Below, one piece after another: positions 10,079 to 20,126 of a DNA stretch of 64,000 nt. Numbering within the stretch: position 1 is the stretch's first letter; the number at the start of each line of letters is the position of its first letter. Both the position numbers and the translations under genes were made by a program. The stretch is from Candidatus Latescibacterota bacterium (GTDB lineage Bacteria; Latescibacterota; UBA2968; GCA-2709665): NCBI GenBank assembly GCA_965226795.1, contig CBDDDZ010000005.1, positions 128,001-192,000 of the forward strand, in the 5' to 3' direction. Under the pieces are notes generated by a model that was given only the letters and a program-made list of their open reading frames with translations, searched no databases and had not been told where the DNA came from.

Positions 10079-11257
10079 CTAACGATCCAGGTCCTTTTCT
10101 TTAATTCTTGCCCACAATTCGCTTACTCCAGCTGAGATTTCATTGGAGAATTTACTCCTGGCTCCATCGTGTGCCATTAGCTCAAGATCGCTACGATCCG
10201 GGAATTTCAAATTCGGACGCGGAAATTCTTTAAACCAGGGCCACCACCAATCACTCTTACCTGGCCCAAGTTTCTCCTTGAACTCGTTGTACTCGACTTC
10301 ATGGCTTTCCTGGGAGCAAGTCACACCATATCGAATGCAGTTTCCGACTGTAATGCCAAGTGATGCGCTTTTCCTATTCTTAAACCTATAGGATGTGCCT
10401 TGCCACTGGTATTTGCGTTGTCTGGTGACGAATTCCCCTATAAATCCCTTGAACGTATCTTCTGGATTGTTCTTGTTGGGGAGATCTGGAATATTGCTTA
10501 GACCGGACGTAATTTTATTCCAAAGCTTTTGCAGTAATGTAATTCTCGCATCGACCAAGGCCTTATTCAGGTCATAAACGAGTCCGATGTTTTCGGCTTC
10601 CTCGCAAAGATCTACCAACTCCTTCATGTATGCCTCACTTAAGTCCGTACCTGTAAGCTTTGCGACCAGATGTCGATACTGGACGATCGACTCTCGCAAC
10701 GCCGGTTCGTCGTACGCGCGTTTCTGGCAACACTCCAACCATGGGCGAATATCGTCCCTGTAGGAGATGCATTTTACGTCGAGACTGCCGTGGCTGTGTT
10801 CCTCGGGTTCGTGGCCGTCAAGCGTAAGGTAAAGCAAATGTGAATCATAACCATCTCGCTTTTGTTGCTCGTCGTATCTCTGTAGTTGCTCGGGTTGATC
10901 TGCAGCCCAGATTTTGTTTTCGATAACAACTGCTTGCATTGATGAGGGGTCGCGGATCAGGATGTCGACCTCGGCACTTTCCCGGTCGACCCGTGCGCTT
11001 TTTGAACAGACAACGGGCACGTCATCGTCTTTGTAGACAGAGTCCAAGAAATCCTTGAGGTTCTCTCGCGATGCTTCAGCCGACTCCCGATAATCGAGCA
11101 GCGCGTGCAGAAACCTTGAGTGGAGATTCACTTCATCGTGTGCGGTGCGAAGAACTGTAAATACATTGAATGGTTCCCTGCGTCCGGCCTCGTGTTTCTC
11201 GTAGAGACGTGCTACTTCCAACAACAACAATCGATATCTGTCAATCGTGTCCTGCAT
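10079..11257 (-). CDS. PD-(D/E)XK nuclease family protein (PDDEXK_4-like)
   Basis: EVNLHSRFL, VDILI...VVIENKIWAADQPEQLQRY, YLTLDG; AT-richer than flanks. Confidence 0.8.
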   Translation of the reverse strand: MQDTIDRYRLLLLEVARLYEKHEAGRREPFNVFTVLRTAHDEVNLHSRFLHALLDYRESAEASRENLKDFLDSVYKDDDVPVVCSKSARVDRESAEVDILIRDPSSMQAVVIENKIWAADQPEQLQRYDEQQKRDGYDSHLLYLTLDGHEPEEHSHGSLDVKCISYRDDIRPWLECCQKRAYDEPALRESIVQYRHLVAKLTGTDLSEAYMKELVDLCEEAENIGLVYDLNKALVDARITLLQKLWNKITSGLSNIPDLPNKNNPEDTFKGFIGEFVTRQRKYQWQGTSYRFKNRKSASLGITVGNCIRYGVTCSQESHEVEYNEFKEKLGPGKSDWWWPWFKEFPRPNLKFPDRSDLELMAHDGARSKFSNEISAGVSELWARIKEKDLDR

Positions 11258-11266
11258 GTCTTATTG

Positions 11267-11692
11267 TTACCTTGATGCCTGGAGTGCGCCTTCTCCGAAG
11301 AAAAGGGCGATTTCATTGGCGGCGGTTTCGGGCGAGTCCGACGCATGCACGGCGTTGCACTGTACGTTCGTGCCGAAATCTCTGCGTATGGTCCCTTCGG
11401 CAGCTTCTGCCGAGTCGGTGACGCCTACGACCTCGCGCAGGAACGAGACCGCACTCTCCCGCTCGAGCGCGAGCGGCACCACAGGGCCGGAGGTCATGAA
11501 ATCGATCAACCCGTCAAAAAACGGTCGTCCAGAGTGTACCGCGTAAAACCGGGTGGCCTCCTTGCGCGAGAGTCGCGTCATTTTCAGGTGCCGGATCTTG
11601 AACCCCCCGTCTTCCACCCGTTTGAGAATGGCGCCGATGGCATTCCGGGAGACCGCGTCCGGTTTGATAATCATCAATGTGCATTCCGCCAT
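11267..11692 (-). CDS. ndk: nucleoside diphosphate kinase
   Basis: IIKPDAV, MTSGPVV, NAVHASDS. Confidence 0.97.
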   Translation of the reverse strand: MAECTLMIIKPDAVSRNAIGAILKRVEDGGFKIRHLKMTRLSRKEATRFYAVHSGRPFFDGLIDFMTSGPVVPLALERESAVSFLREVVGVTDSAEAAEGTIRRDFGTNVQCNAVHASDSPETAANEIALFFGEGALQASR

Positions 11693-11905
11693 CGGCGTCC
11701 GCGCTTTGCATCCGGGTTCGAGAGCTCAAGATTGCGTATCACGCTGAAGGTGAAGAAGATAGATTTTCTCAGTGGATTTGTCAATATCAAACTTCGTATG
11801 TGAGCTATCAGCTATCAGCGGTCAACCTACAGCTCAAAGGCGGCGATCTCAATGAATCGATGTCTGCGCGGAGCGCGCCTCGATCACCGCAGGCACGGTT
11901 TTTTT

Positions 11906-11930
11906 GTAGGGGCGGTTCGAGAACCGCCCT
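11906..11930 (+). repeat. GTAG-type REP palindrome
   Basis: GTAG-GGGCGGTTC-GA-GAACCGCCC; a similar GTAG REP lies at 18479-18503. Confidence 0.7.
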
Positions 11931-11955
11931 CCCGTGGCAGGGTGGGCGCAGCTCG

Positions 11956-12300
11956 TCAGGATTTCTTCAGTAGGGATCTCAGATGGAATCCCGCAGCCGC
12001 GGCGAGCCCCCCGACGAGGCCGCCGATCAGCGCTGCGAGCGCGACCAGCGCGGAAGGATGAGAAAGACCGGCGATTCCCGCAATCTTCACGGTGAGAATG
12101 CCACCGGATTTCAGATGGATATAACCTGCGGCAGCCAGCCACAGGATTCCCGCACCCGCGAATCCGGACCCCAGCGCCTTCCATGCGGAGGGTGCCTTCC
12201 AGAAACCCGCCACGACTCCCGCCAGGCCGACTCCCCACCACGGCAGCGTCAGGCCGGCAATCAGGCCGAATACGACAACATATATCGCGGTTGTGATCAT
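11956..12300 (-). CDS. small multi-pass membrane protein
   Basis: ~114 aa, almost entirely hydrophobic, LPWW motif. Confidence 0.7.
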   Translation of the reverse strand: MITTAIYVVVFGLIAGLTLPWWGVGLAGVVAGFWKAPSAWKALGSGFAGAGILWLAAAGYIHLKSGGILTVKIAGIAGLSHPSALVALAALIGGLVGGLAAAAGFHLRSLLKKS

Positions 12301-12455
12301 ATGAAGTAAGCTGTCAGCTATCAGCGTACAGCATTCAGCCAACAGCAAAAAGCGGACAGCAACAGTCTTAGAGCAAACAGTGGTTGGCGGTACGACCGAC
12401 GATCCACGCGGCGGTCCTTCGCGATTTACATTACGGCCGCCCTGACCGGGCGGCA

Positions 12456-12665
12456 GGGGCTTTTCCGCGCTGATCCGTCCAGCAATGCGGCTAGCCAACG
12501 CCCATGATGTCAGCAGGCCACCATACCTGGCCTATGCCCACTGCGGCGATTCGCGGAAAAGCAGCCCCGCGGCGTTTGAGCGGCCTGCCTGCGCCGAGCC
12601 GTGCTCGGCAGGCAGGCGCCGTTCTTTTTCGTCCTTTTTCTTTGGCGAGAAAGAAAAAAGGACGA
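12456..12665 (+). repeat. structured intergenic repeat, copy 1 of 4
   Basis: ggggcttttccgcg...cgcggaaaagcagcccc long-range stem, a cctgcctg..gccgagc/gctcggcaggcagg hairpin and a terminal ctttttcttt-ggcgag-aaagaaaaa hairpin. Confidence 0.85.
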
Positions 12666-12839
12666 AAAAAAAACAAAAAGCAAAAGGGAGAGGAAATGTC
12701 TGTATCTGCCCGGAACGCAGTTCCAGCAACGGTAGTCCAGCAATAGAGGAGGTAAAAAGATGCAATAGGTAAAACGTAAAAGGACCACTCAACGCAGATA
12801 CTCGCGTTCAATCCTCTCCGGACCGGCCGTTGACCAGCA

Positions 12840-15242
12840 TCAACCTTTCCTCGTACTACGCCCACCACCGTCCTCCGGCGTTCGCATAAACAGCAGTTCG
12901 TCGAGTTCGCCTCTTGCCCACGTGTCGACAAAGCTGTCGTAGTGACGGCTGCCCGGGTTGCCGGACTGCCCGCCCGGATAGATTCCCCACGCCCGCACGT
13001 CAGGACCCAGCGCGACGACCATGCGCCAGCAGGGGCCATGGCCGCGGTTGGTTGCATTGACGATGTCGCCGCCGCCGCCGACGAACAGGTTCATACGCGA
13101 GAATTGAGGGATCTTCAGCAGGTGTCTGATGTCCGCACCCTTGTAGCGTCCCCACTTCCAGGCCTCGCCTATAGGTCCCTGCCTGCCGGTCAACTCAATG
13201 CATGTTGACTCAAACGTACTGCGGGCGAGGTCTGCCAGGGTCTCGACCTGTTCCGTCCGCGTGTTGTCATACCACCTTGCGTCGGGCTCACCGAGGATCA
13301 ACTTGACCGTCCGATCGCTGGATGGGAGTTGTAAACCGGGCCCCGGGGCGCTGAATTCATCCTCCCAGATTGCCCGGTAGAGCTTTCCCCACCACGTGTC
13401 GAATACGGTGGGGGCGATCTTGTCGGCATCCGCGAAATAATCCCAGGTCTGAAGTTCCCGATAGACAGCTTCATGGTCACCGGTCAGAACGGCTGGCTCG
13501 ATGAAGGACAGGAGGGTGGGCAGGATGGACCGGGCCCTGAGATGCTTTGTGTCGAGTTGTAAGGCGCGGAAGTCATCGGGTGTGATATCCGTCATTTCAG
13601 CCAGGCGTTCGTTGATTCGCCGGGCGCGCGTCGGGGAGGAATGGCCTTCGGTCAGCCAATACGGATACGAGGAATCCGCGGGGCGCTGGTTGGCGGAACT
13701 CACAAAGCCTCGCTCCGGATTTTTGACGTGGGGCTTGTGGGCGTGCGGTATCCAGTTCTGCCAGTCGTGGAGAGGATCCGAACCGTCGGCAATGAAGACG
13801 CCCTGACCCTCCCACCGTACCGGAAACTTGCCGCTGTGCCAGATTGCGATATTACCCTCAACGTCGGCATAAGCGAAGTTCTGGGCGGGAGCGTTGAGGT
13901 GGGAGAGCGCCTCGACGAAGTCATTGTAGTCGCGTGCGGAATTGAGGCGGTGACAGGTCAGCCACTCGTTCCCGCCGTCGTGAGCCACCCACCGGAACGC
14001 ATGGCGTTCGGGTATCCGCAAGTCCGAGGGAGTGTAGTTTGAATCCCTCACGACGGGTCCGTGATGAGTGTAGCGCACGGTGTCTCGAATGGTCGCTTCA
14101 CCGCGCACCTTGATTTCTTCGACCACCGTTTTCACGGGGCGCCATGCGCCGCCGTGACGGTATTCCTGCAGCGTGTCATCCCTGAAGGTAATCTCGTACC
14201 AGTCCGATACATCCGTTCCCGCATTCGTGAGTCCCCACGCGATATTCCGGTTGAATCCGATGACCACGCCCGGTCCTCCCGGGAGCGATACGCCGTAGAC
14301 GTTGAGGGAAGGGTTGACGAGTTGAATCTCATACCAGAGCGACGGCAGCGCGAGGCCCAGGTGCGGGTCGTTCGCAAGTATGGGATATCCGCTGGCGGTC
14401 CTGGTTCCCGAGACCGCCCAGTTGTTGCTTCCGATTCCGGCGCTGGTTTCCGTGCCGTACGACCCTCGCTTGAACGGCGTATCGGGCCGGATGACTTTTC
14501 GGGGTTCGAAATTCCAGGGCGTTTCCCCGGGGATCACCGTATCGCCGCCAACGGATCCGGACGAGAACAGGTCTCTGACTACTCCCTCGCCGAACCGGTC
14601 GAGCGTGTTGTTCATCCTGAGATCCGAGTTCCGACCGCTCAGGATCCAGGCCATGGACTTGATCAGGATCGCGCATTTCAGCGGGGTCCAGGGCTCGGGG
14701 TTGTAGCCCAGAAGTTTGTACTCAATGGGGTAATCTTCTTCGCGCAGGCTGCCGATGTACGCGTTGACGCCCTCGGTGTATGCCGTTACGGAGAGCCGGG
14801 TTACGGGCGCGGCCATCATTTCCTTGAGCGTACTGCGTGCGGCGTGGACCAGGCCGACGCGCCTCTGATACCGGTCTCGCTCCAGGGCGCCGGATCCCAG
14901 GATTTCTGCAAGGCGCCCGGCCGCGGCGGCGGTCTGAAACTCCATCTGCCAAAGACGGTCCCTTGCTGTTACGTACCCCTGGGCGAAAAACAGGTCCCGG
15001 TCGTTCTTCGCGAAGATATGCGGCACGCGGCGGTCGTCATACACGACCGTTACAGGCTCGAGCAGTCCCCCGATTCGTAACGTGCCGTCCGCGGGCGGGT
15101 CTCCTGTTTCGGCATTCTGCCAGAAACCGTGAAAGGGACTCAGGAATACCCCCGCGGCAGGAAATCCGCCCATTCGGGTATCCAGAGCAAGAACGACAAT
15201 CACGGTAATGGCAGCGAAAGCGATGAACTTGATCCAGGGCAT
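12840..15242 (-). CDS. penicillin acylase / AHL acylase family Ntn-hydrolase
   Basis: ARDRLWQME, GSNNWAVSG (Ser nucleophile), ILANDPHL, PGGQSG. Confidence 0.93.
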   Translation of the reverse strand: MPWIKFIAFAAITVIVVLALDTRMGGFPAAGVFLSPFHGFWQNAETGDPPADGTLRIGGLLEPVTVVYDDRRVPHIFAKNDRDLFFAQGYVTARDRLWQMEFQTAAAAGRLAEILGSGALERDRYQRRVGLVHAARSTLKEMMAAPVTRLSVTAYTEGVNAYIGSLREEDYPIEYKLLGYNPEPWTPLKCAILIKSMAWILSGRNSDLRMNNTLDRFGEGVVRDLFSSGSVGGDTVIPGETPWNFEPRKVIRPDTPFKRGSYGTETSAGIGSNNWAVSGTRTASGYPILANDPHLGLALPSLWYEIQLVNPSLNVYGVSLPGGPGVVIGFNRNIAWGLTNAGTDVSDWYEITFRDDTLQEYRHGGAWRPVKTVVEEIKVRGEATIRDTVRYTHHGPVVRDSNYTPSDLRIPERHAFRWVAHDGGNEWLTCHRLNSARDYNDFVEALSHLNAPAQNFAYADVEGNIAIWHSGKFPVRWEGQGVFIADGSDPLHDWQNWIPHAHKPHVKNPERGFVSSANQRPADSSYPYWLTEGHSSPTRARRINERLAEMTDITPDDFRALQLDTKHLRARSILPTLLSFIEPAVLTGDHEAVYRELQTWDYFADADKIAPTVFDTWWGKLYRAIWEDEFSAPGPGLQLPSSDRTVKLILGEPDARWYDNTRTEQVETLADLARSTFESTCIELTGRQGPIGEAWKWGRYKGADIRHLLKIPQFSRMNLFVGGGGDIVNATNRGHGPCWRMVVALGPDVRAWGIYPGGQSGNPGSRHYDSFVDTWARGELDELLFMRTPEDGGGRSTRKG

Positions 15243-15400
15243 ATCAGCTGAAAACCGGCAAGACGTCAGACGTGAGAAGGGAGAAGACCGCCGCGCCACC
15301 CAGCGGTTAGCGATACGGACCAGCGATATCTGCGCGATTATACGGGTAACCACAAGGGTTGTCTCTACGAACTCAAACCTGGCGCGCCCGGTGGAAGGGA

Positions 15401-15620
15401 GGGGGCTTTTCCGCGCGTTTCCGTTCAGCAACATAGTCCAGGAATGCCTGCGCAGGCCGCAGGGCAACGGCTCACATTCTTTCCTCAGAGGTGGTTCGCG
15501 GAAAAGCAGCCCCGCGGCGTCTGAGCGGCCTGCCTGTTATTTCCCTAGAGGCCGAGCCGTGCTCGGCAGGCAGGCGCCGTTCTTTTTGGCCCTTTTTCTT
15601 TGGCGAGAAAGAAAAAGGGC
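15401..15620 (+). repeat. structured intergenic repeat, copy 2 of 4
   Basis: same stems as 12456-12665, with a short insertion in the middle hairpin. Confidence 0.85.
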
Positions 15621-15717
15621 GTTAAGAAATAAATAATAAAGGGTTTAGGAGAATGATCGCGTTAGCCCGGAGCGCGACCTATCATACGTCTTTCTTATCT
15701 TTGTGTCGTCATTCCGC

Positions 15718-16173
15718 TCATGTTGCCCGGCTGTCCTTAACGGTAATCCCCTTTGCCTCCGCGAATGCGGTAGCCGTAGCGATCATTTCGGGTTTGATGG
15801 TCTGGTTGTCACTATAACTCAATGCGGTGAAGTCAATCTTTACGCTTTTTCCGTTGTCCAGCTTGAACACGACTTTCATCAACTCGATATGAATCTCCGA
15901 GACTGACGTCCACGGGATTCTCCGGTGCCTGAACAATCCTCTTTCAATCTCCAGATTCGCATCGTTAAACGCGATTATGTGTCTGTTTAAACGGTGCAGG
16001 AGTCCAGCGCCAGACAAAACGATCAGACCCGCCCCTAACTGGACGGCGCCCAGCAACGTGTTTTCCTGCAAATACATGAGGCCAAGAATGATCCATATGA
16101 CACCCAGACTCGTCCATAACACGCGAAATGGCCGGGTTACCGGTACGGTAAGATCAAAAGTCCGCTCTTCCAT
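15718..16173 (-). CDS. hypothetical 2-TM + PH-like protein (paralog of 19430-19858)
   Basis: shares PWTS.SEIH..LMK..F.L.NGK and DNQ..KP motifs with the 19430 ORF. Confidence 0.7.
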   Translation of the reverse strand: MEERTFDLTVPVTRPFRVLWTSLGVIWIILGLMYLQENTLLGAVQLGAGLIVLSGAGLLHRLNRHIIAFNDANLEIERGLFRHRRIPWTSVSEIHIELMKVVFKLDNGKSVKIDFTALSYSDNQTIKPEMIATATAFAEAKGITVKDSRAT

Positions 16174-16618
16174 GGATGCAACCTCCTTCTTGGATGAACA
16201 ATGAGGTATAATCGCATGCGAGAGGGTACGATACCGAGCCGAACTGTTTGCTCGATTATTCACCGGCTGATTCGGCTCCAGGACAATTGATACAGTTGAT
16301 AGGGTAATGTACGCCCTTTCGGGTCAACACGTGAACCAAAAATAATGCGCCTTGCTTTCGCGGGGAATGCCTTGCGCAGATGGAAGAAAGGTCCTAATCG
16401 AGCGTAGTCGAGTCTGGAAACACGCCTCAGGTTCCGTCGCGTCTCGATTCGCTTTCGGATGGTTGAGGCCATGCGCCAAAAAGACAATCCGAGCGCGAGT
16501 TGCCTTTCCCTATCCATCCGCCGTGGCTATATTGATGGAGCGAAACTCCTACCCTGTACAATAGGTTAATCGACCGGGATGTTCAGGCTAAGGCCGCGAC
16601 TGATCTCGAAAGACGCCC

Positions 16619-17521
16619 ATGAAATATCGGTTCTACATCCTGGACGTATTCAGCCGTACTGCATTCGGGGGAAACCAGCTGGCGGTCCTGCCGGATGCGA
16701 GGGGTCTAAGCGCGGATGGCATGCAGAAGGTCGCGCGCGAGTTCAATTTCTCCGAAACCGCTTACGTGTTTCCGCCCACAAACGAGACCGCGACGGCCCG
16801 GGTGCGAATCTTCACACCGAACGCCGAGGTGGACTTTGCCGGCCATCCGACTGTGGGAACGGCGTGCGCCCTTCACTATAGCGGCCATACGGATTCAGAA
16901 AGCGTTATTCTCGAAGAGAACGTCGGCCGGATCCCGGTGAGGATATCGAATAAGGAAGGCGTATTGTACGGTACTCTGACCAGCGATGCTCCACTGGAAC
17001 ACCCGGCGGAGAAACCCCCGATTGCGTCGCTTGCGGCAGTCCTTTCCCTCGACGGGGACGACGTCCTAGACGGGTTCTTCGCCGGAATGGGATTGAACTT
17101 CTGTTTCGCGCACCTGGCGTCGAGAGAGGCCGTAGACCGCGCATCGATCGACAAACTGGCATGGGGCAGATTGCTTTCGGATGCACGGTCGTCCGATATA
17201 TTTTTCTTCGCGGGCGAACTGAATTCCGGCGCGGAGATCTATGCACGGATGTTCGGCGCCCGCCCATGGCATCGAAGAAGATCCGGCCACGGGCAGCGCT
17301 GTCGCCGCGCTTGTCGGCGTCGCGGGGCTGAGAAGCGGAATTCGGTCCGGTGCACGGTGGAACTTGCAGTGACCCAGGGAGTTAAGATCGGTCGCACCAG
17401 CAGAATGGACGCGGTGGCTCGTTTGCGGGACGGGAAGGTCGTTTCCGTCGACGTGGGCGGTCCCGCCGTTTTAACCGCGTCCGGTGAGATTGAGGTCGGC
17501 GACGAATGGTTGGTGGTCTGA
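16619..17521 (+). CDS. PhzF family isomerase with an internal double frameshift
   Basis: DVF...GNQLAV, SETAY, FAGHPT; the EDPATGS motif is encoded in the +1 frame at 17277-17297. Confidence 0.85.
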   Translation: MKYRFYILDVFSRTAFGGNQLAVLPDARGLSADGMQKVAREFNFSETAYVFPPTNETATARVRIFTPNAEVDFAGHPTVGTACALHYSGHTDSESVILEENVGRIPVRISNKEGVLYGTLTSDAPLEHPAEKPPIASLAAVLSLDGDDVLDGFFAGMGLNFCFAHLASREAVDRASIDKLAWGRLLSDARSSDIFFFAGELNSGAEIYARMFGARPWHRRRSGHGQRCRRACRRRGAEKRNSVRCTVELAVTQGVKIGRTSRMDAVARLRDGKVVSVDVGGPAVLTASGEIEVGDEWLVV

Positions 17522-17539
17522 CCCGGAGGTGACGAGGCG

Positions 17540-18298
17540 ATGCGGCTGTTGATCGTGGATGGCTGGACCAGGGAAGGGAACCTGTCCCATGCGGTTGCCG
17601 GGTGCGAGAAACAGGCAGGTGTCTTCGAGTCGCTCGTCCGGGAATGCCTGCCTGAAACGGACATCCGGATCGTCGACACCCACAGCGACGCCGGACCGGC
17701 AGACCTGGACTTCAGCCAGTTCGATGCCGCTATTTGGACAGGCGGCGGCGGCAACATCTATAAAAACGATCTCTTTAATCGGCGCCAACTCGAATTGGGC
17801 GAGCGCGTGCTTGCAGATGTTCCTCACGTCTGGGGCAGCTGCTGGGGGTTTCAAGTTATCGTGACCGTCTGCGGCGGGGAGGTGGCGCCGGCCCGCACGC
17901 CGGAAATCGGAATCGCAGCCGGCATAACGGTCCGATCAATGGATTATGCTGAGACCATTTATCGAGGCAAACCGCCCATCTTCGATGCGCCCGCTCATCA
18001 TTTCGACGAGATTGCACAACTGCCAGGCGGGTTTGACATTATCGCCGAAAACGCGATTACGCTGCAGGCCGTTGTATCGAAGGACAAGCGCGTCACCTGT
18101 ACGCAATATCATCCTGAGTTGCCCTACGACTACATCGGAAAGCTGCTTGTCCATTGGGCGCCGAATTACACGTCGATGTTCACGGAGGATGCGTTTCAGA
18201 ATCTGCTGGCGGGCTTGAAGAAAAAAGAGAAAGCGGAAAGAAGCCTGAGGAAAATCGAATTCAGAAACTGGCTGGAATTTGTCGGGAAGGGCAGGTAG
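17540..18298 (+). CDS. class I glutamine amidotransferase
   Basis: GSCWGFQ nucleophile motif and QYHPE. Confidence 0.88.
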   Translation: MRLLIVDGWTREGNLSHAVAGCEKQAGVFESLVRECLPETDIRIVDTHSDAGPADLDFSQFDAAIWTGGGGNIYKNDLFNRRQLELGERVLADVPHVWGSCWGFQVIVTVCGGEVAPARTPEIGIAAGITVRSMDYAETIYRGKPPIFDAPAHHFDEIAQLPGGFDIIAENAITLQAVVSKDKRVTCTQYHPELPYDYIGKLLVHWAPNYTSMFTEDAFQNLLAGLKKKEKAERSLRKIEFRNWLEFVGKGR

Positions 18299-18571
18299 CC
18301 TTATTAGTTCAGAAACAGGAACTTACATGGATAGACAGGATGGGCAGGATAAAACAGGAAGAAGGACCCCACGAAAGTGAGAAATCGCTCAAAAGACGTG
18401 GGCAGACAGGGATGTCTGCCCCACCCTCATAACGGCTTCCTCATCGTCTCCACCTTGCCGCGACTCCCCCTGGCCGTCGTAGGGGCGTCCCTTGTGGGCG
18501 CCCGGTCTCCCGCGACGAAAATGATCGCGCAACTTGTCATTCTTAGCGACGTCAACGAGTCCCTTTCGAAG

Positions 18572-19333
18572 CGTGGTCATTGCCTGTGCTGAGCTTGTCG
18601 AAGCAAGCTTGTCGAAATGCCCGCGCTTCGGGACCCTTTGACAGTCCTGTGCCGACCCTTCGACAGGCTCAGGGAGCGGCACAGGATGCTCGCGCCCATC
18701 GGTGGATGTCGCCGGCTGAATAACGAGTGGAGGTGCTCCCTGCCGCGTTGGGAATTGTTGAGAGGACCTCACAGTTTCGGTTGCGGTTGAGCATAGCAGA
18801 GCCCCGCAAGGCTGATCTCATAGTCACAGCAATCAAAGTCGTACCCTGGGTCTTGATCAGATCTTAATCAAAGTCCATCACATTAATCACACAAATCACA
18901 GTATGATCGGCCTCCCTGTCATTCTGAGCGGAGTCGAAAATCGCGTACCGAAACGTGGTCATTGCCTGTGCTGAGCTTGCCTGCATTGAGCCTGTCGAAA
19001 TGTCGAAATGCCCGCGCTTCGGGACCCTTTGACAGTCCTGCGCCGACCCTTCGACAAGCTCAGGGAGCGGCACAGGATGTTCGCGCCCATCCGTGGATGC
19101 GGCCGGCTGAATAACGAGTGGAGGTGCTCCCTGCCGCGTTGGGAATTGTTGAGAGGACCTCACAGTTTCGGTTGCGGTTGAGCATAGCATAGCCCCGCAA
19201 GGCTGATCCCATAGTCACAGCAATCAAAGTCATACCCTGGGTCTTGATCAGATCTTAATCAAAGTCCATCACATTAATCATACGAATCACAGTATGATCG
19301 GCCTCCCTGTCATTCTGAGCGCAGTCGAAGAAT
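18572..19333. repeat. ~380 bp non-coding tandem duplication containing REP-like palindromes
   Basis: 18572-18941 and 18954-19333 are near-identical; they contain ctgagcttgtcgaa / cttcgacaggctcag and gtcattctgagcg motifs. Confidence 0.9.
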
Positions 19334-19429
19334 CTCCCGCCCATTCGGTTGTAAGTGTGAAAGAAAACTTCGTTAACGAATGCGGGCGGACGCATCGGGG
19401 GTGTCACGTCGCCCGACTGTCCCTTGCAG

Positions 19430-19858
19430 CTATCCCCTCGCCTCCGAGAACTCAGTCAGCGCCGAGATGATTTGCGGTTTGACGATCTGGTTGTCAACAA
19501 AGCTCATATTGCAGTTCCACGTCACGTTTTTTCCGTTTTCGAGCATAAATTCGATCTTCATCAACAGAACGTGAATCTCTGTGATCGATGTCCAGGGGAT
19601 ATTTCGCGGTCTTAAGAGAGATTTGTCCAGCGTCAGATACGAACCGTCAAACGTGATGACATGTCTGTGTACGCGGGGCGTAAGACCAACGAAAAGCAGG
19701 GAAAACAAACCAAATGCTATCTGCACGACGCCGAAAATATCATCGCCCCTCTTGATGCTGAAGGCGCCATTGGCGATCTGGATCACACCAAAGATGCTCC
19801 AACCCACTAATAATAGACGGGAGAAAGAGGCAGATAGATTGAAACTTTGCGTTTCCAT
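19430..19858 (-). CDS. hypothetical 2-TM + PH-like protein (paralog of 15718-16173)
   Basis: clear similarity to the 15718 ORF. Confidence 0.7.
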   Translation of the reverse strand: METQSFNLSASFSRLLLVGWSIFGVIQIANGAFSIKRGDDIFGVVQIAFGLFSLLFVGLTPRVHRHVITFDGSYLTLDKSLLRPRNIPWTSITEIHVLLMKIEFMLENGKNVTWNCNMSFVDNQIVKPQIISALTEFSEARG

Positions 19859-20126
19859 GGATGTGGCGTCCTGACAGAGGCGGGGGTTTAAGCGGGCTGC
19901 GAGTGGAACTACGAAGTAGAGAACACGCTTTTTGGCCTACGGAATGACGAATTCTGCCGGTGGGAAAGAGGAAATGTTTAATAGTTGCGGCACTAACGAT
20001 GGTCCTACAACGGGATATTGCTGCATGTAAGTAGTCGAGAGGAAACTAACCAGGGTCTAAATTTCGAGGATGATGGAGTCGACAACAAAACGGAAATTTT
20101 TATGGCTCCAAAGAAGACTTACGCAA

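Noticed and set aside
12485..12792. Short ORFs with FFFGEKEK-like sequence (also at 35045-35437 and 46333-46716)
   Set aside because: Translations of the structured repeat
18389..19190. Two similar ORFs (127 and 108 aa)
   Set aside because: They are translations of the non-coding tandem repeat
18572..19333. Possible CRISPR array
   Set aside because: Only two long units, no short repeat/unique spacer periodicity, no cas genes
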